Virus record (IMG/VR): IMGVR_UViG_3300027980_000037
Location: 1 to 60,939 of that record
Source of the DNA: a virus
Lineage: Duplodnaviria > Caudoviricetes
Strand: one strand, 5' to 3'
DNA: 60,939 nt
The stretch's first letter is position 1; every line of letters starts with the position of its first letter. The notes beneath the pieces are model-generated. The model was not told the DNA's origin and searched no databases. It saw nothing but the letters and a program-made list of their open reading frames with translations. Shown here piece after piece: positions 8,299-16,250 of this stretch. The position numbers were made by a program, and so were the translations under genes.

Positions 8299-9059
8299 TC
8301 CTGCCTCGCTTTCATGTATGGCGTGTAAAAGTGATGTGAGAACTTCTTAGCAGCTTCTTCGCTGTGATCCAGCTCACGCTTGCTGTCGAATCCACAGACC
8401 GCCTTCACAATACTGTCGATAGCTTCTTCTCTTTTATCGGATGGACGCAAAGCCTTGTAATCAAGGTAGTCCTGCTTCCATTCGCTTTCTTCGATGAACC
8501 ACTTCTGGAAATCATCATCTTGGTACAGCATGGCGGCTCGTTTGCTCTTACCACCGCCTTTGTTATCCGGCAGCTGACCTTCTTCTTCCTGCTTGCGAAT
8601 ACGGTCTGCATGGCCTTTGGCGAGCGTCTGATTGATAATCTTGCCGGTATCGTCGTACTCCATAAGGATTAAGCCAAACTGAAAGCCAGGTATCCCAGCT
8701 GAAGATTGGTCGGAGGTCTTCTGTGCCTTCCACCAGCTCATATCGTCATGCCCGAAATGCAGAGCAATTGAAGCGCCTTTAGCTTCCGACCAGTTGCGCC
8801 CCCACAGGAAGCATTCAGTAACGCGCTGCTCCCAGCCATCGTCACCGACAGGGTGAATGACGCACTGGTAGTGTTGACCGGATCGCTTGTTGCTGCGGGT
8901 CATGGTGGTGTCGAAGGCATCCAGCGCCTCACGGCTTTCTAGCAGAACAACAACCTTGAAACCGGCTTTACTGTTTTCTAACCAGCTATCAAGCTCACAG
9001 TCGCCGGCGAAGGCGGTGTAGTCGCTTACTTGCTTCTCGATGTCAGCGGTTTCGTTCAT
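8295..9059 (-). CDS. Hypothetical protein
   Basis: Long ORF; C-terminal CG..S.RELD motif common in phages. Confidence 0.7.
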   Translation of the reverse strand: MNETADIEKQVSDYTAFAGDCELDSWLENSKAGFKVVVLLESREALDAFDTTMTRSNKRSGQHYQCVIHPVGDDGWEQRVTECFLWGRNWSEAKGASIALHFGHDDMSWWKAQKTSDQSSAGIPGFQFGLILMEYDDTGKIINQTLAKGHADRIRKQEEEGQLPDNKGGGKSKRAAMLYQDDDFQKWFIEESEWKQDYLDYKALRPSDKREEAIDSIVKAVCGFDSKRELDHSEEAAKKFSHHFYTPYMKARQE

Positions 9060-9285
9060 CTGCCATCCTTGTTTCAAAATCGTTGTCGAACATTCCGTTA
9101 GCCACCTGTTCTTTGTGACTCAGGATCGCGCCACCAATTGTCGGACAGGCGCATCTTCGGCCCTTATAAACGTAGTGGTTGCAGTCTTCACAGATGGTCA
9201 ACGGTTCGCCGTACTTGGCGACAAGCTCTGGATCTGGTTTAGTCGCCACTTTTCTTCTCCGGCATAAGTGCTGACACAGCTTCAA
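9043..9285 (-). CDS. Small Zn-finger-like hypothetical protein
   Basis: CEDC...CAC; start uncertain. Confidence 0.45.
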   Translation of the reverse strand: MKLCQHLCRRRKVATKPDPELVAKYGEPLTICEDCNHYVYKGRRCACPTIGGAILSHKEQVANGMFDNDFETRMADERNR

Positions 9286-9478
9286 TCAATCGTTTCGCCG
9301 GAGCTGTCGCGCTGGCTATACATCTTCTGCACGGCTCAACTTTGTGTTTCAGTTCAAGTGTGTTTTGATAATTACTGTTTTCGATTATCGTGAAATTAAG
9401 ATGCGTTCCACACTTATCACAAACGAATTGATGATTAAGGATTTGTATTGGTGTTAAGGTTTTTATTTCATTCGCCAT
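9239..9478 (-). CDS. Small Zn-ribbon hypothetical protein
   Basis: CDKC...VEPCRRC. Confidence 0.6.
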   Translation of the reverse strand: MANEIKTLTPIQILNHQFVCDKCGTHLNFTIIENSNYQNTLELKHKVEPCRRCIASATAPAKRLIEAVSALMPEKKSGD

Positions 9479-9792
9479 GTTCTCGCCTTGTGGTTGGTTT
9501 CTTTACAGGGCCGCTCTCCGGTAGAGACTATCTTTCCGTCAGTCGATAAATCGTAGAGCCGCTTTTGCATGGTGTTGCAGCGGTGAACTGACATACCAAA
9601 CTGTTTATTGCATATCTCGACCAGTTCGCCGCAAGTGTGATTGGGTCGACCGCGAATCAGCTCAAGCATGAACTCGCGGTCTTTAGCACGGGTTGTCTTA
9701 TTGGTCTTCGCCTCTGCTTCATGGGAAGTAGGCGGGTCGACCTTCCGTGCTATTGGGTTGTCGAAATCAAGCTGCGTCTGGCGATGTTCCAT
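9463..9792 (-). CDS. Winged-HTH-like DNA-binding protein
   Basis: AR..DP.TSH.A, T..EL, KRL.DL...G pattern. Confidence 0.6.
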   Translation of the reverse strand: MEHRQTQLDFDNPIARKVDPPTSHEAEAKTNKTTRAKDREFMLELIRGRPNHTCGELVEICNKQFGMSVHRCNTMQKRLYDLSTDGKIVSTGERPCKETNHKARTWRMK

Positions 9793-9967
9793 CTTCAGCT
9801 TCTTTTTCGAGTTTGGCTTCAGCGATGTGTTTACACTCTTTGCCGCCGCCGAACTGAAAGGCTTTGCAATGGCACTGCCAGTCCGGGCGGTTTTCCATGT
9901 AAGTTACTTCGTAGCCAGCTTTGCTCGGATCGCTTGACGCGATAACTGTTTTGAAAAATCCTGACAT
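9767..9967 (-). CDS. SWIM zinc-finger protein
   Basis: CHC...CKH motif; AGAGG RBS. Confidence 0.7.
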   Translation of the reverse strand: MSGFFKTVIASSDPSKAGYEVTYMENRPDWQCHCKAFQFGGGKECKHIAEAKLEKEAEDGTSPDAA

Positions 9968-10055
9968 TCTCTTGACCTCTTTGATAAACAAAAATCCTGC
10001 AGTGCAGGTATGTAACCGCGACTGTCGCGGGCTTTTGGTGTGTACTTTCTAACCA

Positions 10056-10400
10056 TCACTCACACTCCTGTTCTACCTCTGCGATGCCCATAGCCAGTAC
10101 AGCGTTCATGTATGCGTCGAGTTCTTCTGGTTCGTAGCCTTCACAGTAGTCGCCATATATAGGGTCTATTTCAACGATGTGCTTCTTGTGTAGACTGTGA
10201 TAGCGGCAGAAATAGTCGCATCCCATCTCCCGCAGCTTGTCTTTAATCGCGGCGAGTAATAGAGCGTCATACTCGCTACAGCGGCAACGCCATCTAATTT
10301 CCTGATTAGCTAGACAGTCCAAGTATTCGTTACCCGCAGGACATTCATCGCCTGATTCGTGAGCGCACCACCGCGCTACCTGTTCTCTGTTAGTGGTCAT
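10056..10400 (-). CDS. Hypothetical Cys-rich protein
   Basis: ORF ending EVEQECE. Confidence 0.65.
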   Translation of the reverse strand: MTTNREQVARWCAHESGDECPAGNEYLDCLANQEIRWRCRCSEYDALLLAAIKDKLREMGCDYFCRYHSLHKKHIVEIDPIYGDYCEGYEPEELDAYMNAVLAMGIAEVEQECE

Positions 10401-10609
10401 GGTTGCACTACACATTTACTATCTTCATGAAACGCCTTAACAGCAGCATCAATATCTGCATTTCGCCCTATTGAAAAACGTACACCGTTGAAGTTAAAGG
10501 TGATATAAGCCACATCGAACAATGCTGCTTTATCCTTTGCTTCTGTGACTGCTCTCCTTATATCAGTGCCAGCCATAAACTCTACCTCTATTACCATGTA
10601 TGACATCAC
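10397..10609 (-). CDS. Hypothetical protein
   Basis: 70-aa ORF with AGGAG RBS. Confidence 0.65.
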   Translation of the reverse strand: MMSYMVIEVEFMAGTDIRRAVTEAKDKAALFDVAYITFNFNGVRFSIGRNADIDAAVKAFHEDSKCVVQP

Positions 10610-10923
10610 TCACACTCCTGTTCTACTTTGGCGAGGGCTTTGCCTATGCGCCTCAGTTCTTGACCTGCCAAAGCCATGTAGTCGGCTTTATTCGTTGAAT
10701 ACCCCTCCACTTGCTCTGCAAGCCACACCCAAGAATCTTCATTCTTTTTCATCGTTGGGTGATCACCCTCTAATGCATCCCGCAGCGCATCCCGCTCTGC
10801 CTGTAGTGCGGCGCGTTCTTTTGCTTCCTCATTCAGCCGGCAGAACGGGCAGTAGTCGTGAATCGTTGAGGCAAAATCGTGTTTCCGGCAATCTGCCCGT
10901 ATCTTTTCCAGTTCATCGCTCAT
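10606..10923 (-). CDS. Hypothetical protein
   Basis: GGAG RBS; ends KVEQECE. Confidence 0.65.
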   Translation of the reverse strand: MSDELEKIRADCRKHDFASTIHDYCPFCRLNEEAKERAALQAERDALRDALEGDHPTMKKNEDSWVWLAEQVEGYSTNKADYMALAGQELRRIGKALAKVEQECE

Positions 10924-10927
10924 AGAA

Positions 10928-11311
10928 CTACCACTCTCCATGCACAACAACCTGACCTACGTTGTAGCGGCGGCTACGGCGAATCATGCTGGCATCAAAT
11001 AACTTGGATTCGTGAAGGTCGGCTTCCCATTCTTCGATGGTGGTGCGGATCTCGGTCAGCAGCACGGCTTTGTCTGTGGCCTCAAGAGCGTCGAAACTGT
11101 CTGCCGCCGCCATGCCATGATGTTCGGCTGCGTATTCCTTCATATCGGCAATCAGGGCGCTTGGTAGGCAGTCTGCATAAGTACCATCGGACACTTCTGC
11201 GATCCATACCGGAACTTCAGGAAAAGACTGTCTGGCGGCTGTCAGGGCCTCCACCGGAGTAGGGTATTCGCCTTGAAAACCGTTGTTCGGGTTGTGGCTA
11301 AAGCTGTACAT
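10928..11311 (-). CDS. Hypothetical early protein
   Basis: TGGAGACT RBS; first gene after leftward promoter. Confidence 0.75.
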   Translation of the reverse strand: MYSFSHNPNNGFQGEYPTPVEALTAARQSFPEVPVWIAEVSDGTYADCLPSALIADMKEYAAEHHGMAAADSFDALEATDKAVLLTEIRTTIEEWEADLHESKLFDASMIRRSRRYNVGQVVVHGEW

Positions 11312-11339
11312 TGAAAGTCTCCAATAAAAACCTCGATAA

Positions 11340-11390
11340 ATACTGCACCAAATGTGGACACCTTGCAAGTATTTTGATACAAACTATACT
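11340..11390. promoter_or_regulatory. Back-to-back sigma70 promoters sharing a palindromic TTGCAA -35; operator CCAAATGTGGACA
   Basis: Plus strand TTGCAA-16-TATACT; minus strand TTGCAA-17-CAGTAT. Confidence 0.65.
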
Positions 11391-11425
11391 CATTCGCCCA
11401 CTTCCTACTTACCGGAGACTGAAAA

Positions 11426-12439
11426 ATGCCACAGATTTTAACGAACTTACCCGCCTTGTTAGCCGAACAGGGGCTTATTACAAGGTTCGAGAGCTGCACA
11501 ACAGACAAATCTATTCAATTTGCAGCAGAACAACATCACATTTCTCGTATTTTTAAGGAAAACGAGAAACTTGCTGAATGCACACCTGATTCTGTAAAGA
11601 CCGCTCTATTGAATGTAGCGTTCACCGGTCTTTCTTTAGACCCGACGCAGAAACAGGCTTATCTGATTGCATACGGCAAAGAGTGCCAGTTCATGCCTTC
11701 GTATCGCGGTATGTTGCACCTGGTATTTAAAGCCGGAACTATCAAAGATGTGCAGCCGGTACTGGTGTACGAAGGCGACACATTTGAAGTAGCGACCGTC
11801 AACGGCGAGCGCACTGTTAATCATGTCGAAGTAGCGACCGACAGAAGCCCCGCCAAGATCATCGCTTGTTACCTCATTACCAACTTCACCAACGGCGGCA
11901 GACACATACAGGTGAGCCGTAAGAGCGACCTTGAAGCCTTCCAGAAGGCGGCAACACATAAGCCGAATGGACAGCCAAAGAAAGGCACTGCCGGCATGGT
12001 TTGGAAAGGCGCATGGAAGGGTGAAATGTGCATCAAATCCACCATTCGCCGTGCTGAGAAATACTGGCCCAAAGACCCCGAAGGCTTCCTTGCTCACGCT
12101 TCCGCTGTCATGGAAATGTTTGACCCGGCTGATCCGAACTACACCTACGCAGACCCCGAAGATGTAACGCCCGTAGATGAAGAAGGCGAACCGGTACTGC
12201 TGATGTCAGAAGAAGATGTGCTGACCATTCATGCAGCCCTTACAGAAGGTATGGATGGCGTTGAAGGCTTGTCACCGGAAGACGCTTCTACGTGGATCAA
12301 CATGAAGGCGCAGGGTGAGGGCTACAACAGTATCGAACACGCGCCGGCAGAGCGTAAGGACGAGTTCAAGAATGCTCTGCTGGAACGCCTTATGGTGTAC
12401 CGCCAGAAGCATCAGGGCGCGCAAAATGCTAACTCCTGA
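11426..12439 (+). CDS. recT: RecT-family recombinase
   Basis: GLSLDP...AYLI.Y...CQF..SYRG...VYEGD.F...EM..K...RR..K. Confidence 0.85.
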   Translation: MPQILTNLPALLAEQGLITRFESCTTDKSIQFAAEQHHISRIFKENEKLAECTPDSVKTALLNVAFTGLSLDPTQKQAYLIAYGKECQFMPSYRGMLHLVFKAGTIKDVQPVLVYEGDTFEVATVNGERTVNHVEVATDRSPAKIIACYLITNFTNGGRHIQVSRKSDLEAFQKAATHKPNGQPKKGTAGMVWKGAWKGEMCIKSTIRRAEKYWPKDPEGFLAHASAVMEMFDPADPNYTYADPEDVTPVDEEGEPVLLMSEEDVLTIHAALTEGMDGVEGLSPEDASTWINMKAQGEGYNSIEHAPAERKDEFKNALLERLMVYRQKHQGAQNANS

Positions 12440-13109
12440 GCAACACGCTGAAGTCAGGCTCGGCATGATAACGAGCAGCCGTATCAATACTATTGTGTAC
12501 GGCGGTTACGCAGCACTTAATACGTTAGCAAACGAGCTGCGCAAAGAACGAGCCGGAAACGTCACGCCGCGACCGCTGGGTGTAACCAGTGGTGTGCCGG
12601 CGCTCGATTGGGGTGTCAATAACGAAGACTTTGCAGCTGCTGAGTTTTGGAACCGCCACCCTGAGTACGTTATGACCGACCCGAAATGGGTTAACTGGCA
12701 CAACAAAACCGAAACGGTTTTTTATCAGAACTGTGGGGCTTCACCAGACAGGGCGCTTGAGTCTATCGGTAAGCGACCAACACCGCTCGAAATCAAATGC
12801 CCGTATGACCCCGACATTCATAAGAAGTACCGCAACAGTATGACAGTGCCGCGTGAGTATCTGCCGCAAGTCTACTGGCAGATCATGGTTATGAATGCAC
12901 CCGGCAGTTGGTTTATCAGCTTTGACCCACGCGAAAACGCACAGAAGTACCGTTATTTTGAAGTGTATGTCATTCGTGACAACACATACGAAAGCATGAT
13001 TTTAAGCAAGGTGACTAAATTTCTTGAAACCTATCTTGCCGGCGAATCATTTGAACCGCAGTCACAAAACGCTGCATCACTGAAAGAAATGTTTGGAGCT
13101 AAAAAATGA
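12426..13109 (+). CDS. YqaJ/lambda-exonuclease-like nuclease
   Basis: R.G.IT.S, WG...E, GASPD, EIKCP, Y.PQ..WQ, F.SFDPR. Confidence 0.85.
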   Translation: MLTPEQHAEVRLGMITSSRINTIVYGGYAALNTLANELRKERAGNVTPRPLGVTSGVPALDWGVNNEDFAAAEFWNRHPEYVMTDPKWVNWHNKTETVFYQNCGASPDRALESIGKRPTPLEIKCPYDPDIHKKYRNSMTVPREYLPQVYWQIMVMNAPGSWFISFDPRENAQKYRYFEVYVIRDNTYESMILSKVTKFLETYLAGESFEPQSQNAASLKEMFGAKK

Positions 13110-13963
13110 GCGAAGTAGTAGAAGAAGTAAACAAAAATCAGTTGCCGGAAACCGTGTTCTTTTCTTTGGAGCAAGTGCCTAAAGCTCCCGACGCTAAAGA
13201 AAGTGCTGCCGTTCTTATTGAGTCGGTCGCCAACATGAAAGAAGTGACCAACGAAGAAGATGCAGCTATGGTCGGTGAGTTTGTTGCTCAGTGCCGCAAT
13301 CTGGCTAACTCTCTGGATAAGCTGCGGCTCGAAGGAACTTTGCCGGCTCGACAGATACAAGCTGTTGTTAATGGCGAATTCAACGAACTGATTGAACAGG
13401 TTCGTAATGCCGGCGAATACAGCGAAGGTTTGCTGACCCCATACTTGCAGGAAAAAGAACGGAAGCGTCTTGCCGCAGAAACCGCAGCCCGCGAAGAACG
13501 TGAACGAGTCGAGCGCGAAGAAGCTGAAGCACGACAGGCTATTGCTGATGCCGAAGCAGAAGAAGCCGCTGAAGCACAGCGTAAGGCTGACGCTGAAAAT
13601 GCCAGCACCACCGAAGAAACACCGGCAGAAGAACCGGCAGAACCGGAAGGCCCAACCCCCAAAGAGAAGGCAGAAGCAGCCAGAAAGCGGCTGGAAGAAC
13701 TCGGCAACCGTAAGCCGGCAACCACACAGGCTGTAGAAAAAGGTGTTCAGGGAGTCGCTGGCGCTACCGTGAAGGTCAAAGAAAACTGGACGTGGGAAAT
13801 CGACGATATCACCAAAGTGCCGGAAGAATATCTGGTTGACCCTGAGAAGCGCGTACAGAAGTCTGTGCTTACTACGATGGCGAAGGCTCAGAAAGCCAAA
13901 GCAAATGTGCCAGGTATCCGTTTCTTCGATAAAGGCGGCATCAATACGAGAGTTAAAAAATGA
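13106..13963 (+). CDS. Coiled-coil protein of the recombination module
   Basis: E/A/R-rich coil; C-terminal W.WEI.D...VP.EYL...PG. Confidence 0.75.
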   Translation: MSEVVEEVNKNQLPETVFFSLEQVPKAPDAKESAAVLIESVANMKEVTNEEDAAMVGEFVAQCRNLANSLDKLRLEGTLPARQIQAVVNGEFNELIEQVRNAGEYSEGLLTPYLQEKERKRLAAETAAREERERVEREEAEARQAIADAEAEEAAEAQRKADAENASTTEETPAEEPAEPEGPTPKEKAEAARKRLEELGNRKPATTQAVEKGVQGVAGATVKVKENWTWEIDDITKVPEEYLVDPEKRVQKSVLTTMAKAQKAKANVPGIRFFDKGGINTRVKK

Positions 13964-14373
13964 GACTTTCCCAGCTTATAGCGGGAATCTTGTTGGCACT
14001 TGTCGCTCATGCAGAAGAATGGCCGACAGCGGAAACCAGCTCTCGTCTGGTGGAAGCTGCTCGGCTGGTTGAGCAGCGCGGGCATGAAATGTACGGAGTT
14101 GAAGCCCGCACTGTGCTGGTTGAGTACGACGCTTCTATATCCAAAGACTACGGCGGCTTTGCTGACTGTGTTCCGTGGATCATCAGAATCAACCCGTACT
14201 ACGCAGCAATTGACCCGGACTTTTCTGTTGAAGCAACAATCCCGCACGAATACGCGCATCTGATTATGTGTTCTTTGTACGGAACAATGGGCAAAGACCC
14301 ACACAATGAAGAATGGCAAATGATAATGATTGGCTTAGGTGGCAACCCTTACCGCCATCCAAAAAAGAGGTAA
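13960..14373 (+). CDS. SprT-like zinc metalloprotease with N-terminal signal peptide
   Basis: TIPHEYAH...PH..EW; signal MRLSQLIAGILLALVAHA. Confidence 0.75.
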   Translation: MRLSQLIAGILLALVAHAEEWPTAETSSRLVEAARLVEQRGHEMYGVEARTVLVEYDASISKDYGGFADCVPWIIRINPYYAAIDPDFSVEATIPHEYAHLIMCSLYGTMGKDPHNEEWQMIMIGLGGNPYRHPKKR

Positions 14374-14377
14374 AGAT

Positions 14378-14848
14378 ATGAATGTGTTTCAAAAACTGTT
14401 GTTAAAAATGGCTGGTGTGAAGCTCACTTATGAGGTTCGGTCGTTCAAGCCAAACGCACGTAAAAAAACTTCCGGCAAACTTCTTGGTTCGTTTGAAGGC
14501 GACTACGGCGAAGCTGAACGGTTCTTTGTGGGCCGCCGGCTGGCTGCTGGGTGGCGCTTGAATCTGGAAGCTCATGCCGTTCTTAACTCTCGTCAGGAAG
14601 CTATCGGTATCAACGATCCATACGAAGAAACCGAAGAAGAAATCACGCTCACTGGTGATGGCCCTGAGTCTGAAGCAGATTACATCGTAGAGCCGCAAAC
14701 TCCGGCTAAGGTTACTGCTGTTACATGGCAGTCAAACCCCGAATGGGATGAATCTGATCATGAGTGCGACACCATCGGGCCTCTGAAAATCGTGGATGGT
14801 ACACCGTTACCGTCTTGTTCTAAGTGCTGGAAACCCATAGGAGTATAG
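14378..14848 (+). CDS. Hypothetical protein
   Basis: GAGG RBS. Confidence 0.65.
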   Translation: MNVFQKLLLKMAGVKLTYEVRSFKPNARKKTSGKLLGSFEGDYGEAERFFVGRRLAAGWRLNLEAHAVLNSRQEAIGINDPYEETEEEITLTGDGPESEADYIVEPQTPAKVTAVTWQSNPEWDESDHECDTIGPLKIVDGTPLPSCSKCWKPIGV

Positions 14849-14850
14849 AT

Positions 14851-15303
14851 ATGGCTGGCGGCGTTAATAAAGTAATTCTTATCGGCAACTTAGGTGCTGA
14901 TCCAGAAGTTCACACATTCGATGATGGCGGCACAGTTGTTAATTTCAATGTTGCTACCAGCGAAAACTGGAAAGATAAAAAGACCGGGGAAAAGGTCGAA
15001 AAAACCGAATGGCATCGCGTCAAAGCATTCGGAAAGCTGGCTGAAATCTGTGCTGCTTATCTGAAGAAAGGCAGCAAGGTGTATGTCGAAGGTAAGAACG
15101 AAACCCGCAAGTACCAGAAAACCATTGAAGGTACTGAGGTTGACTTCTACACCACAGAAATCAATGCCCGTGAAATGCGTATGCTCGATAGCAGGGGCGA
15201 CAATCAGGGTCAGGGTGGCGACTATGCTGCTGCCAAGTCAGGCGATGCAAAGCCGGCGGTGGTAAGAGCAAGCGCTGAAATCGACGATGATATTCCGTTC
15301 TAA
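14851..15303 (+). CDS. ssb: Single-stranded DNA-binding protein
   Basis: [14 protein letters not shown]...TEWHRV...DDDIPF. Confidence 0.95.
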   Translation: MAGGVNKVILIGNLGADPEVHTFDDGGTVVNFNVATSENWKDKKTGEKVEKTEWHRVKAFGKLAEICAAYLKKGSKVYVEGKNETRKYQKTIEGTEVDFYTTEINAREMRMLDSRGDNQGQGGDYAAAKSGDAKPAVVRASAEIDDDIPF

Positions 15304-15476
15304 TGAGCGTTAACCGTAGACACAAATGGATTTATCGTAACGGTTATATGGTATGCCGCTGTGGTGTTCGTTACAGGAAAGGAATGACTTATAAAGTATA
15401 CGAGCATCCCACTAAGGGTAATTCTTTTAATGCTGGTAATTGTGAGGCAAAGGAAAAAGAATGTTCCAAAAATTAA
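15303..15476 (+). CDS. 57-aa hypothetical protein (MSVNRRHKW...CRCG)
   Basis: TAATG coupling to ssb; in operon direction. Confidence 0.55.
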   Translation: MSVNRRHKWIYRNGYMVCRCGVRYRKGMTYKVYEHPTKGNSFNAGNCEAKEKECSKN

Positions 15477-15928
15477 AAACATGGCTATCACCGAAGGTTC
15501 TCAACCTGTTGAACGACAGGATTTGTAACCGACCGGCTGATATTCTTATCGACGAAGACTACATGGAACGCTGGTATGTTATCCCTCGCAACCGGTGGTT
15601 CAATATCTATTTTCATCGGTTCTTTGGTAGCGATGCGCCAGTGCCTCACGATCACCCGTGGTGGTCTGTGTCATGGATTCTTCATGGCTGGTATATCGAG
15701 AACACACCGACCGGTAAGTTTGTCCGTATGCAGGGAGATATCACCTATCGACCAGCAGAAGGTCTTCACTGGATTCAGATAGACCAACCGGTGTGGACTT
15801 TGTTTATCACGGGCCGAAAGAAAAGAACCTGGGGTTTCCAATGTCCTAAAGGCTGGGTGAGTTTTGATAAGTACATTGCCAACAGGGGTGAAAGCCGGTT
15901 GGCGCGTGGCTGCGGAGAATACGAATGA
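15461..15928 (+). CDS. Cupin-like phage protein
   Basis: HDHPW...IL.G.Y.E...H...WTLF.TG...WGF. Confidence 0.7.
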   Translation: MFQKLKTWLSPKVLNLLNDRICNRPADILIDEDYMERWYVIPRNRWFNIYFHRFFGSDAPVPHDHPWWSVSWILHGWYIENTPTGKFVRMQGDITYRPAEGLHWIQIDQPVWTLFITGRKKRTWGFQCPKGWVSFDKYIANRGESRLARGCGEYE

Positions 15929-16182
15929 ACGGAATAGATGTAATTTTCGACATTTTTATATGCGTCATGTACTGCATTATTTATTTTCAAAACAAGAAAA
16001 TGTCAAAAACAATCGAGCGATACCGCACTTGCAACAAGTATTATTGGATTGCTTTACACACCATCGGGAGCGGTGTGTCAACGAACAATGTGCCTATAAA
16101 CAAAGACTTCCCCAATGTTTCAGACTACGCAAGGCGGGTGCTGAAAGAAGTCGGCAAGTACCACGAAAAGTACAATAATTGA
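15925..16182 (+). CDS. Hypothetical membrane-anchored protein
   Basis: ATGA overlap; AT-rich. Confidence 0.55.
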   Translation: MNGIDVIFDIFICVMYCIIYFQNKKMSKTIERYRTCNKYYWIALHTIGSGVSTNNVPINKDFPNVSDYARRVLKEVGKYHEKYNN

Positions 16183-16206
16183 CTATATCCACATTTGGGT
16201 TATAGT
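16179..16206 (+). promoter_or_regulatory. Sigma70-like promoter with operator, pointing antisense into the giant gene
   Basis: TTGACT-16-TATAGT with ATATCCACATTTGG in the spacer. Confidence 0.6.
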
Positions 16207-16250
16207 CCAGACTATGTGGGCAGCGCCACGACTAAGAATGGCGTGTTACG

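Larger units (their letters stand above)
10054..10626. repeat. 23-bp direct repeat CATCACTCACACTCCTGTTCTAC at 10054-10076 and 10604-10626
   Basis: Exact match; encodes VEQECE-stop and the next RBS/start. Confidence 0.9.

Noticed and set aside
15300-15491. Minus-strand 63-aa hydrophobic ORF from the track
   Set aside because: Antisense to the operon; the coupled plus-strand ORF 15303-15476 fits better.
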